64,000 bases of DNA from Clostridiales bacterium (lineage in GTDB: Bacteria > Bacillota > Clostridia > DUOD01): contig DUOD01000013.1 in the NCBI GenBank assembly GCA_012838995.1, forward strand, positions 28,561 to 92,560, read 5' to 3'. A program made the translations under genes and the position numbers. How positions within the stretch are numbered: position 1 is the first letter of the stretch; every line of letters begins with the position of its first letter. Shown one piece after another: positions 9,720 to 21,901 of the stretch. The notes beneath the pieces were generated by a model, which was not told the origin of the DNA, did no database searches, and saw only the letters and a list, made by a program, of their open reading frames with translations.

Positions 9720-10963
9720 CCCTTAACCCCCCTGCTATACAGTTTCTTATTCTTTAAATTAAGCCCCATAACAAGTCGCAGTAAAAATTTTGTTAAGGTA
9801 ATGGCGGTAAACAAGCTTACTACTATACCTATACCCAGTGTAAGGGCAAAACCTTGAACAGGGCCCGTCCCAACAATATACAATACTATTGTGGCAATAA
9901 GGGTGGTTATATTGCTATCCAGTATGGCCCTGAAGGCCTTTGAAAATCCCGAATCCAGAGAAGACCTAAGGGTCTTTCCGGTTTCCAGCTCTTCCTTAAA
10001 TCTTTCGAAGATAATCACATTGGCATCCACTGCCATGCCCACCGACAATATAATTCCAGCTATTCCCGGCAGTGTTAAGGTAGCTCCTATTCCTGCCAAT
10101 ATAATCAACACTATTAATAAATAGGTTATCAGGGCGATATCGGCCATTAAACCCGGCAACCGATAGAATGCTATCATAAACACGAATACCGCTATCAGGC
10201 CGATAAATCCCGCCTGGATACCCGTGGTCAAAGCATTGGATCCTAAAGTGGCACCCACCGTCCTTACTTCCACCGGTTCAATGGGTATGGGCAGAGCACC
10301 GCTTTTAATCAAACTTGCCAGTTCCGCTGCATCGTCTATGGTCATGCTGCCACTTATGCTGGCCTGGCCGTTGGGTATGGCTTCATTTACAACTGGCGCG
10401 GATATTACCACGTCATCCAATACGATTTTTATTATTTTGTCAATATTTTCCTGTGTGCCCTTATAAAATTTTTCAGCGCCTTCGTCGTTTAATTCGAGAA
10501 AAACCATGGGTTTCATACCTTCGCCGTAATTAGCTTCGGCATTGGCCACATCTTTTCCGTCTATTATTACATTGCCCTCTTCGTCTATAAATTCCAGTTT
10601 GGCTGTCTTGCCCAACAACTCCAAGGCTTCTTCATGGTCATCTATATCAGGGATTTCCACCCTGATTTTTTCCCTTCCCTGGGTGGCTATGGTAGCTTCT
10701 GTCAAGCCCCTGTCATCTAAGCGTTTTCTAAGTATTTCCATAACGCCGGATAATTTGCTTTCCAGCTCAGGGTCATTTTCAACTCCCTGGGGTTCATATA
10801 CTATATACACGCCTCCCCGCAGGTCCAGACCCTGTTTTATGGCATCCCGGATGGGTATTACCGTATATCTGCCGACATCAAGGCCGAAAACAGCTACATA
10901 TGAAAGAAAGCCAAGGATTGCTATATATACCAGTAGCCATATTAAGCTTTTTTTCCTGCCCAT
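9716..10963 (-). CDS. secD: Protein translocase subunit SecD
   Basis: SecD periplasmic domain plus a C-terminal six-helix transmembrane bundle. Confidence 0.9.
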   Translation of the reverse strand: MGRKKSLIWLLVYIAILGFLSYVAVFGLDVGRYTVIPIRDAIKQGLDLRGGVYIVYEPQGVENDPELESKLSGVMEILRKRLDDRGLTEATIATQGREKIRVEIPDIDDHEEALELLGKTAKLEFIDEEGNVIIDGKDVANAEANYGEGMKPMVFLELNDEGAEKFYKGTQENIDKIIKIVLDDVVISAPVVNEAIPNGQASISGSMTIDDAAELASLIKSGALPIPIEPVEVRTVGATLGSNALTTGIQAGFIGLIAVFVFMIAFYRLPGLMADIALITYLLIVLIILAGIGATLTLPGIAGIILSVGMAVDANVIIFERFKEELETGKTLRSSLDSGFSKAFRAILDSNITTLIATIVLYIVGTGPVQGFALTLGIGIVVSLFTAITLTKFLLRLVMGLNLKNKKLYSRGVKG

Positions 10964-11104
10964 ACTACCCTTCCTCCTTTAGACTTGTTACGTTATTATA
11001 TAATTTTTAGTAATTATCAGTCAATAATCCAACCGAAGTTACAGATAAAAGCCATATATCAGCACTTTTTAACATAACCACGTCCTTCGGTTGCCGGGTA
11101 CTAT

Positions 11105-11770
11105 CTATAAAAGTTTGGCATTATTAATTATAAGTTCAAAGTGGCAATTGAGGAAATTAGCAGCCCTTCTACACAGTATCATTCTCGATAAAAATATTTC
11201 AAAGTATTCTATCACCGGACAGATTTCAATGTCTATATTTATGTTCAGCGATATGATGCCTTCTTTCGGGAATATATTCAAACATGAATGCTGGGCTGCA
11301 TAGTTTACCCTGTCATGGATATCAAAGGTGGCGAAATCGTCATTCCTCACCCTGCTTCTATGGACATCTGACTTATCCGCAAGAATAAGGGCGGCGGCCA
11401 CATTGTTTACCGGATGGCCGAATTCCTCATCGTGGTTGCCTATGGCAGATATGATAGTGGTTATTTCCCGCCGGGGCATGTCCATGTTTTTTAGAAGGTT
11501 TAATGTAAATAACGCTCCTATTTGGCTGTGGTCGTTTCTGTTTATCATATTGCCGATATCATGGAGATAACCTGCTATGGCAGCCAATTCCGCCTCCCTT
11601 TTGGAATATCCCAGCTTTTTCAGTATGTTCCTTGCCCTGTTTGCCACCAGCATTCCATGGCGCCTGCCATGTTCCGTAAAGCCCAGTACTCTTAGGCATT
11701 CATTGCTATATTCCAGATATTCGTTTATTTCGTCGTTGTTTTTTATATCATTATAGGTAATTTCATTCAT
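11105..11770 (-). CDS. HD-domain phosphohydrolase-like protein
   Basis: H...HD motif (HGRRHGM ... YLHDIGN). The longest ORF begins with TTG at 11812 and has no RBS; the ATG at 11770 (MNEITY...) is the more likely start. Confidence 0.55.
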   Translation of the reverse strand: MNEITYNDIKNNDEINEYLEYSNECLRVLGFTEHGRRHGMLVANRARNILKKLGYSKREAELAAIAGYLHDIGNMINRNDHSQIGALFTLNLLKNMDMPRREITTIISAIGNHDEEFGHPVNNVAAALILADKSDVHRSRVRNDDFATFDIHDRVNYAAQHSCLNIFPKEGIISLNINIDIEICPVIEYFEIFLSRMILCRRAANFLNCHFELIINNAKLL

Positions 11771-11832
11771 GACAATACCATAATAAATATATTTAATTAT
11801 ATATTGTGGCAAAAAGAGCGGATGTTATGTAT

Positions 11833-13182
11833 TCATTCCGATAAAGAAGCCTTGATCCACATGGCGCATTCTATCCTTTTTTTCTCCATCTCACAACCTA
11901 TCTTGTAAGTGGAATGGATATCGTTAGATGAATAATAGGCACTGGCATGGCAGCCCCCGCTACAGTAAAACTTGGCCCAGCATTTCTTGCACTCCTCTTT
12001 TTTCAGGACATTACACTTCCTAAATTCTTCAACTGTTTTCCGGTTTTCTATACCCTCCTTTACATTACCTATGCAAAAATCCTCAATGCCCACAAATTGG
12101 TGGCAGGGATATATATCACCTTCGGGAGTTACTGCCACGTACTCGGTACCGGCTCCGCAACCCATCACCCTTTTAATCACACAAGGCCCCTGGGTAAGGT
12201 CTATATTAAAATGAAAAAAGTTAAAGGGGTTGCCTATTTTATACCGTTTGACATATTCTTGGGCCAAGGTTTCGTATTCCTTAAAAATTGTCGGTAAATC
12301 CTCTTCCCTTATGGCATAATCCTTATTCTTATCTGCTACCACTGGTTCTACGGATATATTTTTAAACCCTAAATCAGCAAGATGAAGAACGTCCTCGGAA
12401 AAGTTAAGGTTATAACGGGTGAAGGTACCCCTGACGTAAAAGCTTTTATCTTCCCGCATCTCAACGGCCTTTTTAATCTTTGGGAGTATTAAATCATAGG
12501 TTCCCCTGCCGTCTGCTTGATATCTCATCCTGTCATTGGTTTGTCGTGTACCGTCTATACTCAATACCAGGTTGTACATCTTATCGTTTATAAAGGATAA
12601 AAAATCATCGTCCAGTAGCAGTGCGTTTGTTGTAAGGGTAAAACGGATGTCCTTATTACTTTGTGCGGCCCGTTCATTGCCGTAGTCCACCAATTGCTTT
12701 ATTATATCTTTGTTTAGCAAGGGCTCGCCACCAAAGAAGTCAACCTCCAGTTGACGACGGTTACCGGAATGGGAAATCAAAAAATCTATGGCACCTTTGC
12801 CCGTTTCACAGTCCATCACCAACCGGCGGCCCTGAAAACTGCCGGTGGATGCAAAGCAATATTTGCATCGAAGATTGCAGTCATGGGCCACATGAAGACA
12901 CAAGGCTTTTATTATACCGTTATGATGAAGATCCATATCATCATAATAATCCGGGCTAAACAACAATTCCTTTTGCTGTAAGGTCTTCAGCTCCAAATAG
13001 GCCTGGGTTATATCCTCTACATCGTATTTCTTTTTTAAAATATCTATTATTTTATCTCTGCTGCAGGAAGTAAAATAATTCAGTACTTCCCATGCCACTT
13101 CATCCAAGACATGAACAGCTCCGCTGTTAACATCCAGTACCATGAATTTATCGAATAATGAAAACTTGTGAATCATGGGCAT
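11833..13182 (-). CDS. Radical SAM/SPASM-domain peptide maturase of the SCIFF system (449 aa)
   Basis: N-terminal CxxxCxxC motif (CNLRCKYCFA) and a C-terminal Cys-rich SPASM region (CxxCxxxxC...CGGC). Its N-terminus resembles thioether-forming SCIFF maturases, and it lies immediately downstream of a SCIFF precursor gene. Confidence 0.85.
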   Translation of the reverse strand: MPMIHKFSLFDKFMVLDVNSGAVHVLDEVAWEVLNYFTSCSRDKIIDILKKKYDVEDITQAYLELKTLQQKELLFSPDYYDDMDLHHNGIIKALCLHVAHDCNLRCKYCFASTGSFQGRRLVMDCETGKGAIDFLISHSGNRRQLEVDFFGGEPLLNKDIIKQLVDYGNERAAQSNKDIRFTLTTNALLLDDDFLSFINDKMYNLVLSIDGTRQTNDRMRYQADGRGTYDLILPKIKKAVEMREDKSFYVRGTFTRYNLNFSEDVLHLADLGFKNISVEPVVADKNKDYAIREEDLPTIFKEYETLAQEYVKRYKIGNPFNFFHFNIDLTQGPCVIKRVMGCGAGTEYVAVTPEGDIYPCHQFVGIEDFCIGNVKEGIENRKTVEEFRKCNVLKKEECKKCWAKFYCSGGCHASAYYSSNDIHSTYKIGCEMEKKRIECAMWIKASLSE

Positions 13183-13240
13183 AATAATACTCCTTTTTGA
13201 AATGTCCTGACAATTATGGGTCGAAGGGTAAAAAAACCAG

Positions 13241-13265
13241 TAAAAAAAGCAGCCTTGCTGCTTTT
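13241..13265 (-). terminator. Intrinsic terminator/attenuator between the SCIFF precursor gene and its maturase
   Basis: The minus-strand RNA reads AGCAGCaagGCUGCU followed by UUUUUUU. It sits in the 90-nt gap between the precursor stop (13273) and the maturase start (13182). Confidence 0.6.
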
Positions 13266-13272
13266 ATATGTA

Positions 13273-13416
13273 TTATTTGCTGCGCTCACAATTTTGGTTA
13301 GCAACCGTACAGGAAGTCTTACAAGCAGACTGGCACGATACCTGGCACTCGCCGCATCCGCCCTTGCTTAAGGATGTTTTTAAGTTTGAACTGTTGAGTG
13401 TCTTTATATGTTTCAT
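13273..13416 (-). CDS. SCIFF (six cysteines in forty-five) ribosomal precursor peptide, 47 aa; absent from the ORF track because it is under 60 aa
   Basis: Hand translation gives MKHIKTLNSSNLKTSLSKGGCGECQVSCQSACKTSCTVANQNCERSK. There are six Cys in the C-terminal half in the characteristic GGCGECQ.SCQSACKTSC pattern. A strong RBS (AAGGGGGAC) lies 7 nt upstream of the ATG. Confidence 0.85.
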   Translation of the reverse strand: MKHIKTLNSSNLKTSLSKGGCGECQVSCQSACKTSCTVANQNCERSK

Positions 13417-13428
13417 ACGAAGTCCCCC

Positions 13429-13839
13429 TTATTTATTGTACATCCCTATAATACCACCAACGGCACCGATTATCAATCCCAAAATAATGTCTGAAAAAAT
13501 TATTTTGACTGAAAGGGTTCCGTCGCTAAAGAAAGAATTAATTATCATAGAAAAAATAATATATGTTACTCCGATTATTGCTCCTATCAGCCAACCCTTT
13601 GTTTTTATTTTTCGTACCCCATATATGGAAGCCACCACGATACTGGCAATTTTAATGACCTGAATAACGGAAGGGATTACCGTTTCACTTATTTGTGAGA
13701 CATTTAGAATTAAGGCAAATATTACAAAGCAAATAAGGGAAAGTATAATCCCTAAAACAGCAGCCTTTAATATAATAACAACAATACGGGGTATTCTGCC
13801 TTTTTCATTGCCGTTTTTTTTTCTTCTGGGCTTTCTCAT
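13429..13839 (-). CDS. Small polytopic membrane protein (136 aa) encoded upstream of SCIFF, possibly of the SCIFF-associated membrane-protein family
   Basis: Basic N-terminus followed by 3-4 hydrophobic helices. Its position, yajC then membrane protein then SCIFF then maturase, recalls the conserved clostridial arrangement. Confidence 0.55.
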   Translation of the reverse strand: MRKPRRKKNGNEKGRIPRIVVIILKAAVLGIILSLICFVIFALILNVSQISETVIPSVIQVIKIASIVVASIYGVRKIKTKGWLIGAIIGVTYIIFSMIINSFFSDGTLSVKIIFSDIILGLIIGAVGGIIGMYNK

Positions 13840-13920
13840 ATTATCACCCCTAATAATTGTATCTAGTGTAATTTATGTTTGTCGGATATACATTATTACT
13901 TGATAAAATAAAAAAAGACA

Positions 13921-13957
13921 AAATAAAAAAAGCAATTATAAAATTGCTTTTTTTATT
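13921..13957 (-). terminator. Intrinsic terminator after yajC
   Basis: The minus-strand RNA reads AAGCAAUUuuauAAUUGCUU followed by UUUUUUUAUUUU, immediately 3' of the yajC stop. Confidence 0.6.
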
Positions 13958-13966
13958 TTAGTTTAA

Positions 13967-14260
13967 TTATTCTTCATCGTCATCATCATCTTCTTCATTG
14001 TCCACACTTCTAATGGACCATCTGGCCATAACAAGCTTTACCTTATCCGGACCAACTTCTATGGTGATAACCTCATCCTTTATACGTACAATCTTGCCGT
14101 ATATACCGCCTATGGTGGTGACGTTGTCACCCACCTTCAATGCCTCAAGCATTTCCCTCATCGCTTTGTCCCTTTTTTGCTGGGGTCTTATCATCAGGAA
14201 ATAAAACACTAAAATGATGATTATAAATGGTAGGAAAGCACCTAATTGTCCTCCTTGCAC
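13967..14260 (-). CDS. yajC: Preprotein translocase subunit YajC
   Basis: 97 aa with a single transmembrane helix, the conserved YajC core, and an acidic C-terminal tail (DNEEDDDDDEE). Confidence 0.85.
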   Translation of the reverse strand: MQGGQLGAFLPFIIIILVFYFLMIRPQQKRDKAMREMLEALKVGDNVTTIGGIYGKIVRIKDEVITIEVGPDKVKLVMARWSIRSVDNEEDDDDDEE

Positions 14261-14330
14261 CGTTATCCCTCCTTATCCTTAGTCTGTTTCAAGTATAATT
14301 CAACATATAGGCAAAAAATCCTTTAATTTT

Positions 14331-16489
<2,159 letters not shown>

Positions 16490-16612
16490 GCCAAACCCCA
16501 AGTTATAATTTAAGTATAATATGTTATTATATCCATACCTGCCGTTGGCAAACGGCACAATCATAATTTTATACAAATTATTAATAATTACAATAGTTTT
16601 TTATTCTTTTGG

Positions 16613-16834
16613 TTATTTTAACCTTCTTATAACGTTAAAAATTATACTTAAAACTATGCTGATTATAATACAGGTTACCATGGGAAAATAAAAAGAAAAT
16701 CCTTCCTTTTTAACGTAAATATCCCCGGGAAGTCTGCTAATACCCAGCTTGGACAATGCAAGGAATATCCCGCCCATAATAAGTAATACGGCGCCAATGG
16801 ACAACAAAATTTTGCCTAGTTGGCCAAATCCCAT
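16613..16834 (-). CDS. DUF2905-like small membrane protein (73 aa)
   Basis: MGFGQLGKILLSIGAVLLIMGGIF... with two transmembrane helices. A GGAGG RBS lies 8 nt upstream of the internal ATG; the longer track ORF has a Cys-rich leader with no RBS. Confidence 0.55.
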   Translation of the reverse strand: MGFGQLGKILLSIGAVLLIMGGIFLALSKLGISRLPGDIYVKKEGFSFYFPMVTCIIISIVLSIIFNVIRRLK

Positions 16835-16916
16835 AATATTATCCTCCAAACCAAAAGCGGTCCTCAGCACAGATTTATCAGACAGTAAGCATAGTAAGCA
16901 TTTACAAAATAAAAAC

Positions 16917-17921
16917 TTAGTCGTTGTCGTTGTAGGGTAGCTGCAGATGTTCATATGCCCTCTTTGTAGCTATCCTTCCCCTGGGCGTCCTATTTATGAA
17001 TCCCAATTGCAATAGATATGGTTCATATACATCCTCTATTGTGTTACTTTCCTCACCAATGCTGGCGGCCAGGGTATCCAGTCCCACCGGGCCTCCTCCG
17101 AACTTTTTTATAATGGTAAGGAGCATTTTTCTATCCACATCATCAAGACCAATTTCATCCACCTCCAATAAATCAAGGGCCTTTTTCGACATCTCCAGGG
17201 TGATGATACCTTCGCCTTTAACCTGGGCATAATCCCTCACCCTTTTCAGCAGCCTGTTGGCAATTCGGGGGGTACCTCTCGACCGCCGAGCTATTTCATC
17301 GGCCGCCCTATCGTCTATTTTTACCTTTAGTATGACCGCCGACCGGAGAATTATCTGTTTAAGCTCGGGGACGGAATAATGTTCCAGCCTGTTAACTACG
17401 CCGAACCTTTCCATAAGGGGCGAAGTCAGCATCCCCGCCCTGGTAGTTGCACCTACCAAAGTAAAGTGCGGCAGGTCCAGTCTAATAGACCGGGCGCTGG
17501 GGCCCTTGCCTATAATTATATCCAGGGTATAGTCCTCCATTGCAGGGTAAAGTATCTCTTCAACGCTCCTGTTTAGCCGATGAATTTCATCTATAAACAA
17601 AACATCATGTTCCCCCAGGTTTGTTAATATGGCCGCAAGATCACCGGGTTTTTCTATGACCGGGCCTGAAGTTGTCCTTATACCCACCCCCAGTTCATTG
17701 GCTATAATATAGGCCAGGGTGGTCTTACCCAATCCCGGCGGTCCGTATAGCAGTACATGATCAAGGGCCTCTTTCCGTTGTTTTGCAGCCTTTATAAATA
17801 TATTTAGTTTCTCCTTGGCTTTGGTCTGGCCGATGTATTCGTTCATATACCTTGGACGCAGGGTGGTTTCCACGTCAACGTCTTCCTTCTTAAAATGACT
17901 GGTAATAATCCGTTCTCCCAA
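16917..17921 (-). CDS. ruvB: Holliday junction branch-migration ATPase RuvB
   Basis: AAA+ Walker A (GPPGLGKTT), Walker B (DEIH) and the RuvB C-terminal winged helix. Confidence 0.9.
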   Translation of the reverse strand: MGERIITSHFKKEDVDVETTLRPRYMNEYIGQTKAKEKLNIFIKAAKQRKEALDHVLLYGPPGLGKTTLAYIIANELGVGIRTTSGPVIEKPGDLAAILTNLGEHDVLFIDEIHRLNRSVEEILYPAMEDYTLDIIIGKGPSARSIRLDLPHFTLVGATTRAGMLTSPLMERFGVVNRLEHYSVPELKQIILRSAVILKVKIDDRAADEIARRSRGTPRIANRLLKRVRDYAQVKGEGIITLEMSKKALDLLEVDEIGLDDVDRKMLLTIIKKFGGGPVGLDTLAASIGEESNTIEDVYEPYLLQLGFINRTPRGRIATKRAYEHLQLPYNDND

Positions 17922-17939
17922 TTAAATGCAACTCCTTAA

Positions 17940-18533
17940 CTATTTTATATTAGATAGCTCACTTAGGGCCAGTTTAAGCAGAGTTTCTATATCATACTCC
18001 CCTTTATATACACGGGCAACGGCCTTTTCCGCTTCTTGGGCAGTATAGCCCAAGGTCGTAAGCGCGCTTAATACCTCGCTCCTGTTGTCATCGACTTGTT
18101 GGAGCATATCATAAGATGGCATCATATCCCTTTGTTTGATCTTGTCCCTTAGTTCAAATATTATTCTCTGGGCGGTTTTTTTGCCCACGCCCGGTACCTT
18201 GGTCAAACTCTTGATATCATTTGCCAGTAAACTGGTGGTAAATTGGGAAGGGGTCATGGTGGATAGTATGGATAGCCCAACCTTTGGCCCTATACCGGAT
18301 ACATTAATTATCTCCTCAAACAATTTTAACTCCTCGTCTGATAGAAAGCCGAACAAGGCCATTGTATCTTCTCTTACATGTAGGTATGTATAAACTTTAA
18401 TCGGTTCCTTAACGGAATTTAATTTGCCCAAAGTGGTGGCATCGGACCATATCTTAAAGCCCAGGCCGTTGACCTCCATAATAAAAAAATCCTTTGCTAC
18501 ATGTTGGATTTTTCCTTTTATATATGCAAACAT
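17940..18533 (-). CDS. ruvA: Holliday junction DNA helicase RuvA
   Basis: OB fold plus HhH motifs (GIGPKVG, VPGVGKKTAQRI) and a C-terminal RuvB-binding domain. Confidence 0.9.
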   Translation of the reverse strand: MFAYIKGKIQHVAKDFFIMEVNGLGFKIWSDATTLGKLNSVKEPIKVYTYLHVREDTMALFGFLSDEELKLFEEIINVSGIGPKVGLSILSTMTPSQFTTSLLANDIKSLTKVPGVGKKTAQRIIFELRDKIKQRDMMPSYDMLQQVDDNRSEVLSALTTLGYTAQEAEKAVARVYKGEYDIETLLKLALSELSNIK

Positions 18534-18539
18534 ATCACA

Positions 18540-19031
18540 CTACTCCCTTAATAAATGATTAACCCTCTTGGAATGGGCGTGACACACTGCTACAGCCAAG
18601 GCATCGGCGGCATCGTCCGGCTTAGGTATTGAATCCAGCTTCAGTAAAGTCTTGACCATTTGTTGTACCTGTGCCTTTTCCGCACGGCCGTAGCCTACCA
18701 CCCCCTGTTTTACTTGAAGGGGAGTGTACTCATATACTTTAAGACCACAGTTGGAACCCGCCAGTATACAAACACCCCTGGCCTGTCCGATAACCATCGC
18801 GGTCTTTGCATTTTTATTGAAAAACAATTCCTCCACGGCCATGTCTTCAGGTTTATATTTATGTACTAAGTACAGTATGCTGTTATACAACTGCTCAAGT
18901 CTTTTTGCCGTGTTAAGACTACTGTCAGTTCTGACGCATCCATAGTCTAAAACATTGAAATCATCGTGTTTATATTCTATTATACCATACCCCATTATGG
19001 CTATGCCGGGGTCAATTCCTAAGATTACCAA
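18540..19031 (-). CDS. ruvC: Crossover junction endodeoxyribonuclease RuvC
   Basis: ILGIDPG N-terminus and the RNase H-like catalytic acidic residues. Confidence 0.9.
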   Translation of the reverse strand: MVILGIDPGIAIMGYGIIEYKHDDFNVLDYGCVRTDSSLNTAKRLEQLYNSILYLVHKYKPEDMAVEELFFNKNAKTAMVIGQARGVCILAGSNCGLKVYEYTPLQVKQGVVGYGRAEKAQVQQMVKTLLKLDSIPKPDDAADALAVAVCHAHSKRVNHLLRE

Positions 19032-19135
19032 TATTAACCTCCACTTTCCGTAAAATATTGTATTTTACTTTCTACTGTTATATTATATATGGGGCAAAGA
19101 CAAAATAAAAGTGTTTATGTATGTATATAAAAAGG

Positions 19136-19170
19136 TTTGTATAATTATAAATAACATTGTATAATTATTT
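19136..19170 (+). promoter_or_regulatory. Two direct repeats (TGTATAATTAT) in the argG promoter region; candidate ArgR/AhrC-type operator and/or -10 elements
   Basis: The sequence ttTGTATAATTATaaataacatTGTATAATTATttataaa lies 25-60 nt upstream of the argG ATG. ARG boxes are AT-rich 18-mers of similar character. Confidence 0.3.
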
Positions 19171-19194
19171 ATAAAACGATATGGAGGGTTTGTT

Positions 19195-20409
19195 ATGCCA
19201 GAAAAGGAAAAGGTAATATTAGCATATTCAGGTGGACTGGATACATCAATTATAATCCCATGGTTGAAAGAAAACTTTGATTATGAGGTTATAGCCGTGG
19301 CCGCAGACGTGGGCCAGGGCGAAGAATTGGCCCCCCTAAAAGAAAAGGCCTTAAAATCCGGCGCAAGCAAACTGTATATCGAAGATTTAACCCAAGAATT
19401 CATTGAAGATTTTATATTCCCCACCCTTAAGGCCGGTGCAGTATATGAAAAGAAATATTTACTGGGCACCTCTTTCGCCCGACCCGTTATAGCAAAGCGG
19501 CTTGTGGAAATTGCCCACAAGGAAGGTGCCGTTGCAATCGCCCACGGCGCAACGGGGAAGGGTAACGATCAGGTACGGTTTGAATTGACCATCAAGGCTT
19601 TGGATCCCCATATAAAAATAATTGCCCCGTGGCGAATTTGGGATATAAAGTCCAGGGAGGACGCCATTGATTATGCCATGACCAGAAATATACCCGTCCC
19701 CGTTGCAAAGGACCGTCCTTATAGCATGGATAGAAATATTTGGCACCTCAGCCACGAAGGCGCCGATCTGGAAGACCCCTGGAATGAGCCCAAAAACGAT
19801 ATTTATATGATTACTACACCTCCGGAAAAGGCACCGGATAAACCTACATACATTGAAATCGACTTTGAAAAGGGCATCCCCGTGGCACTGGACGGACAAA
19901 GGTTAGGATCGGTCCAGTTGCTAACAAAGCTTAACCAACTGGGAGGCAACAACGGTATAGGTATAGCGGATATGGTGGAAAACAGGTTGGTGGGCATGAA
20001 ATCCAGGGGCGTATATGAAACCCCCGGCGGAACAATACTATACGAAGCCCATAATGCCCTTGAATCAATCACCCTTGACAGGCAAACCATGCACTTTAAA
20101 GAGCAAGTGGCCATAAAATATGCTGAACTTGTGTACGACGGTAATTGGTATACACCCTTAAGGGAAGCCCTGGCGGCCTTTGTGGACAGTACCCAGCAAA
20201 CGGTAACAGGCACGGTTAGGTTGAAGCTATATAAAGGTAATTGTACCGTAGTAGGGGTCAAATCTCCCTATTCCCTCTATAGCGAAGAATTCGCAACCTT
20301 TGGAGAAGACGAGGTATACAATCAAAAGGACGCCGAAGGTTTTATCAACCTGTTTGGTTTGCCCCTTAAGGTAAGGGCATTGATGGAGGATAAAAGAAAG
20401 GATAAGTAA
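19195..20409 (+). CDS. argG: Argininosuccinate synthase
   Basis: [11 protein letters not shown]-loop and the full-length ArgG family sequence. Confidence 0.9.
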   Translation: MPEKEKVILAYSGGLDTSIIIPWLKENFDYEVIAVAADVGQGEELAPLKEKALKSGASKLYIEDLTQEFIEDFIFPTLKAGAVYEKKYLLGTSFARPVIAKRLVEIAHKEGAVAIAHGATGKGNDQVRFELTIKALDPHIKIIAPWRIWDIKSREDAIDYAMTRNIPVPVAKDRPYSMDRNIWHLSHEGADLEDPWNEPKNDIYMITTPPEKAPDKPTYIEIDFEKGIPVALDGQRLGSVQLLTKLNQLGGNNGIGIADMVENRLVGMKSRGVYETPGGTILYEAHNALESITLDRQTMHFKEQVAIKYAELVYDGNWYTPLREALAAFVDSTQQTVTGTVRLKLYKGNCTVVGVKSPYSLYSEEFATFGEDEVYNQKDAEGFINLFGLPLKVRALMEDKRKDK

Positions 20410-20411
20410 AT

Positions 20412-21794
20412 ATGAAACTCTGGGGTGGCAGATTCGAAAAAAGTACGGATAAAAAGGTAGATGATTTCCATTCATCCATTGCCTTCGACGCCCGGTTGTA
20501 CAGACAGGACATAAAGGGCAGTATCGCCCATGCCAAAATGCTGGCTGCCTGTGGAATTATTTCCGGCGAGGAAGGGGATGCAATTGTAAAGGGACTTGAA
20601 AGCATATTGGATGATATAGATAAGGGTAAGATAGAATTCTCAAAGGAAGCCGAAGACATCCATATGAATATCGAGTCGCTGTTGATAGAAAAGATTGGGG
20701 ATGTGGGTAAAAAACTGCATACCGGCAGGAGTAGAAACGATCAAGTGGCCTTGGATATAAGAATGTATCTGAAGGATGAAATAGACGAAATTTCTTCTTT
20801 AATAGCCACACTGCAGAGAGTACTGCTTAATATGGCCAAAGAACACCAACATACCTTAATGCCGGGTTACACCCACTTGCAACCCGCCCAGCCTATTACA
20901 CTGGCCCATCATCTTATGGCGTATTTTCAGATGTTTAAACGGGATTGGCAAAGGTTTAGAGATTGTCGTAAAAGAACGGATATTATGCCCCTAGGCTCGG
21001 GCGCCCTGGCCGGTACGACATATCCTTTGAACAGAAATTACGTTGCGGATATGTTGGACTTTTCGGATATCACCGATAACAGTCTGGACGGGGTGAGCGA
21101 TAGGGACTTTGCCCTTGAATTTTTAAGCTGTTGTTCCATACTGATGATGCATCTTAGCAGGTTTTGCGAAGAAATAATTCTTTGGGCAACGAAGGAATTT
21201 GATTTTATTGAACTGGACGACGGTTTCAGCACGGGCAGTAGTATAATGCCACAAAAAAAGAATCCGGATGTGGCAGAGCTCATCCGGGGTAAAACCGGCA
21301 GAGTTTACGGTAATTTGATTTCTCTGCTGACCGTTATGAAATCCCTGCCCCTTGCCTATAACAAAGATATGCAAGAAGACAAAGAACCCGTCTTTGACGC
21401 TGTTGATACCGTTAAAAAGTGCGTTGCAATTTTCACAGACATGGTAAAAACCACAAAATTTAAAAAAGATAACATGAAAGCAGCATGTTTAGATGGGTTT
21501 TTAAACGCCACCGACGCCGCCGATTATCTGGTAGGCAAGGGCATTCCCTTTAGGCGCGCCCATGAAATAACCGGACGGCTGGTTTTATACTGTATCAAAA
21601 ACAACAAAGACCTTCAACAATTGTCGTTGGATGAATATAAAACCTTTTGCCAGGCCTTTGATAAAGATATATACGACCATATCGACATAAAAAACTGTGT
21701 ATACCAACGAAAAATCCAAGGCGGTCCCAGCCCCCAAGCCGTTGCCCAGGCAATAAAAAAGGGCGAAGAGTTTTTGCAAAGCATCCAAGGGTAG
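20412..21794 (+). CDS. argH: Argininosuccinate lyase
   Basis: Fumarate lyase signature ([12 protein letters not shown]) at 460 aa; translationally coupled to argG. Confidence 0.9.
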   Translation: MKLWGGRFEKSTDKKVDDFHSSIAFDARLYRQDIKGSIAHAKMLAACGIISGEEGDAIVKGLESILDDIDKGKIEFSKEAEDIHMNIESLLIEKIGDVGKKLHTGRSRNDQVALDIRMYLKDEIDEISSLIATLQRVLLNMAKEHQHTLMPGYTHLQPAQPITLAHHLMAYFQMFKRDWQRFRDCRKRTDIMPLGSGALAGTTYPLNRNYVADMLDFSDITDNSLDGVSDRDFALEFLSCCSILMMHLSRFCEEIILWATKEFDFIELDDGFSTGSSIMPQKKNPDVAELIRGKTGRVYGNLISLLTVMKSLPLAYNKDMQEDKEPVFDAVDTVKKCVAIFTDMVKTTKFKKDNMKAACLDGFLNATDAADYLVGKGIPFRRAHEITGRLVLYCIKNNKDLQQLSLDEYKTFCQAFDKDIYDHIDIKNCVYQRKIQGGPSPQAVAQAIKKGEEFLQSIQG

Positions 21795-21830
21795 ACCAAT
21801 TAAGAGATGAAAATAGGATCGGGGATATGT

Positions 21831-21880
21831 CTTGCCTCTACGGAAAATATTTTGTGCAAGGCATATCCCCTATATATTTG
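21831..21880. terminator. Bidirectional intrinsic terminator between the convergent argH and proA genes
   Basis: A 15-bp stem (GGGGATATGTCTTGC ... GCAAGGCATATCCCC) with a 10-nt loop, flanked by T/A-rich runs. Confidence 0.55.
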
Positions 21881-21901
21881 CCCATTGATTGATATATTAT
21901 T

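Noticed and set aside
10964-11104. Long-range 9-bp inverted repeat (CAACCGAAG ... CTTCGGTTG) between the HD-protein gene and secD
   Set aside because: The arms are about 55 nt apart with no flanking U-tract or covarying context visible. It could be a secD 5'-UTR structure, but the evidence is insufficient.
16490-16576. 29-aa N-terminal extension of QueA in the track ORF ([29 protein letters not shown])
   Set aside because: The canonical QueA N-terminus ([11 protein letters not shown]) begins at the internal ATG with an RBS. The extension is Tyr/Asn-rich low-complexity sequence and is unlikely to be translated.
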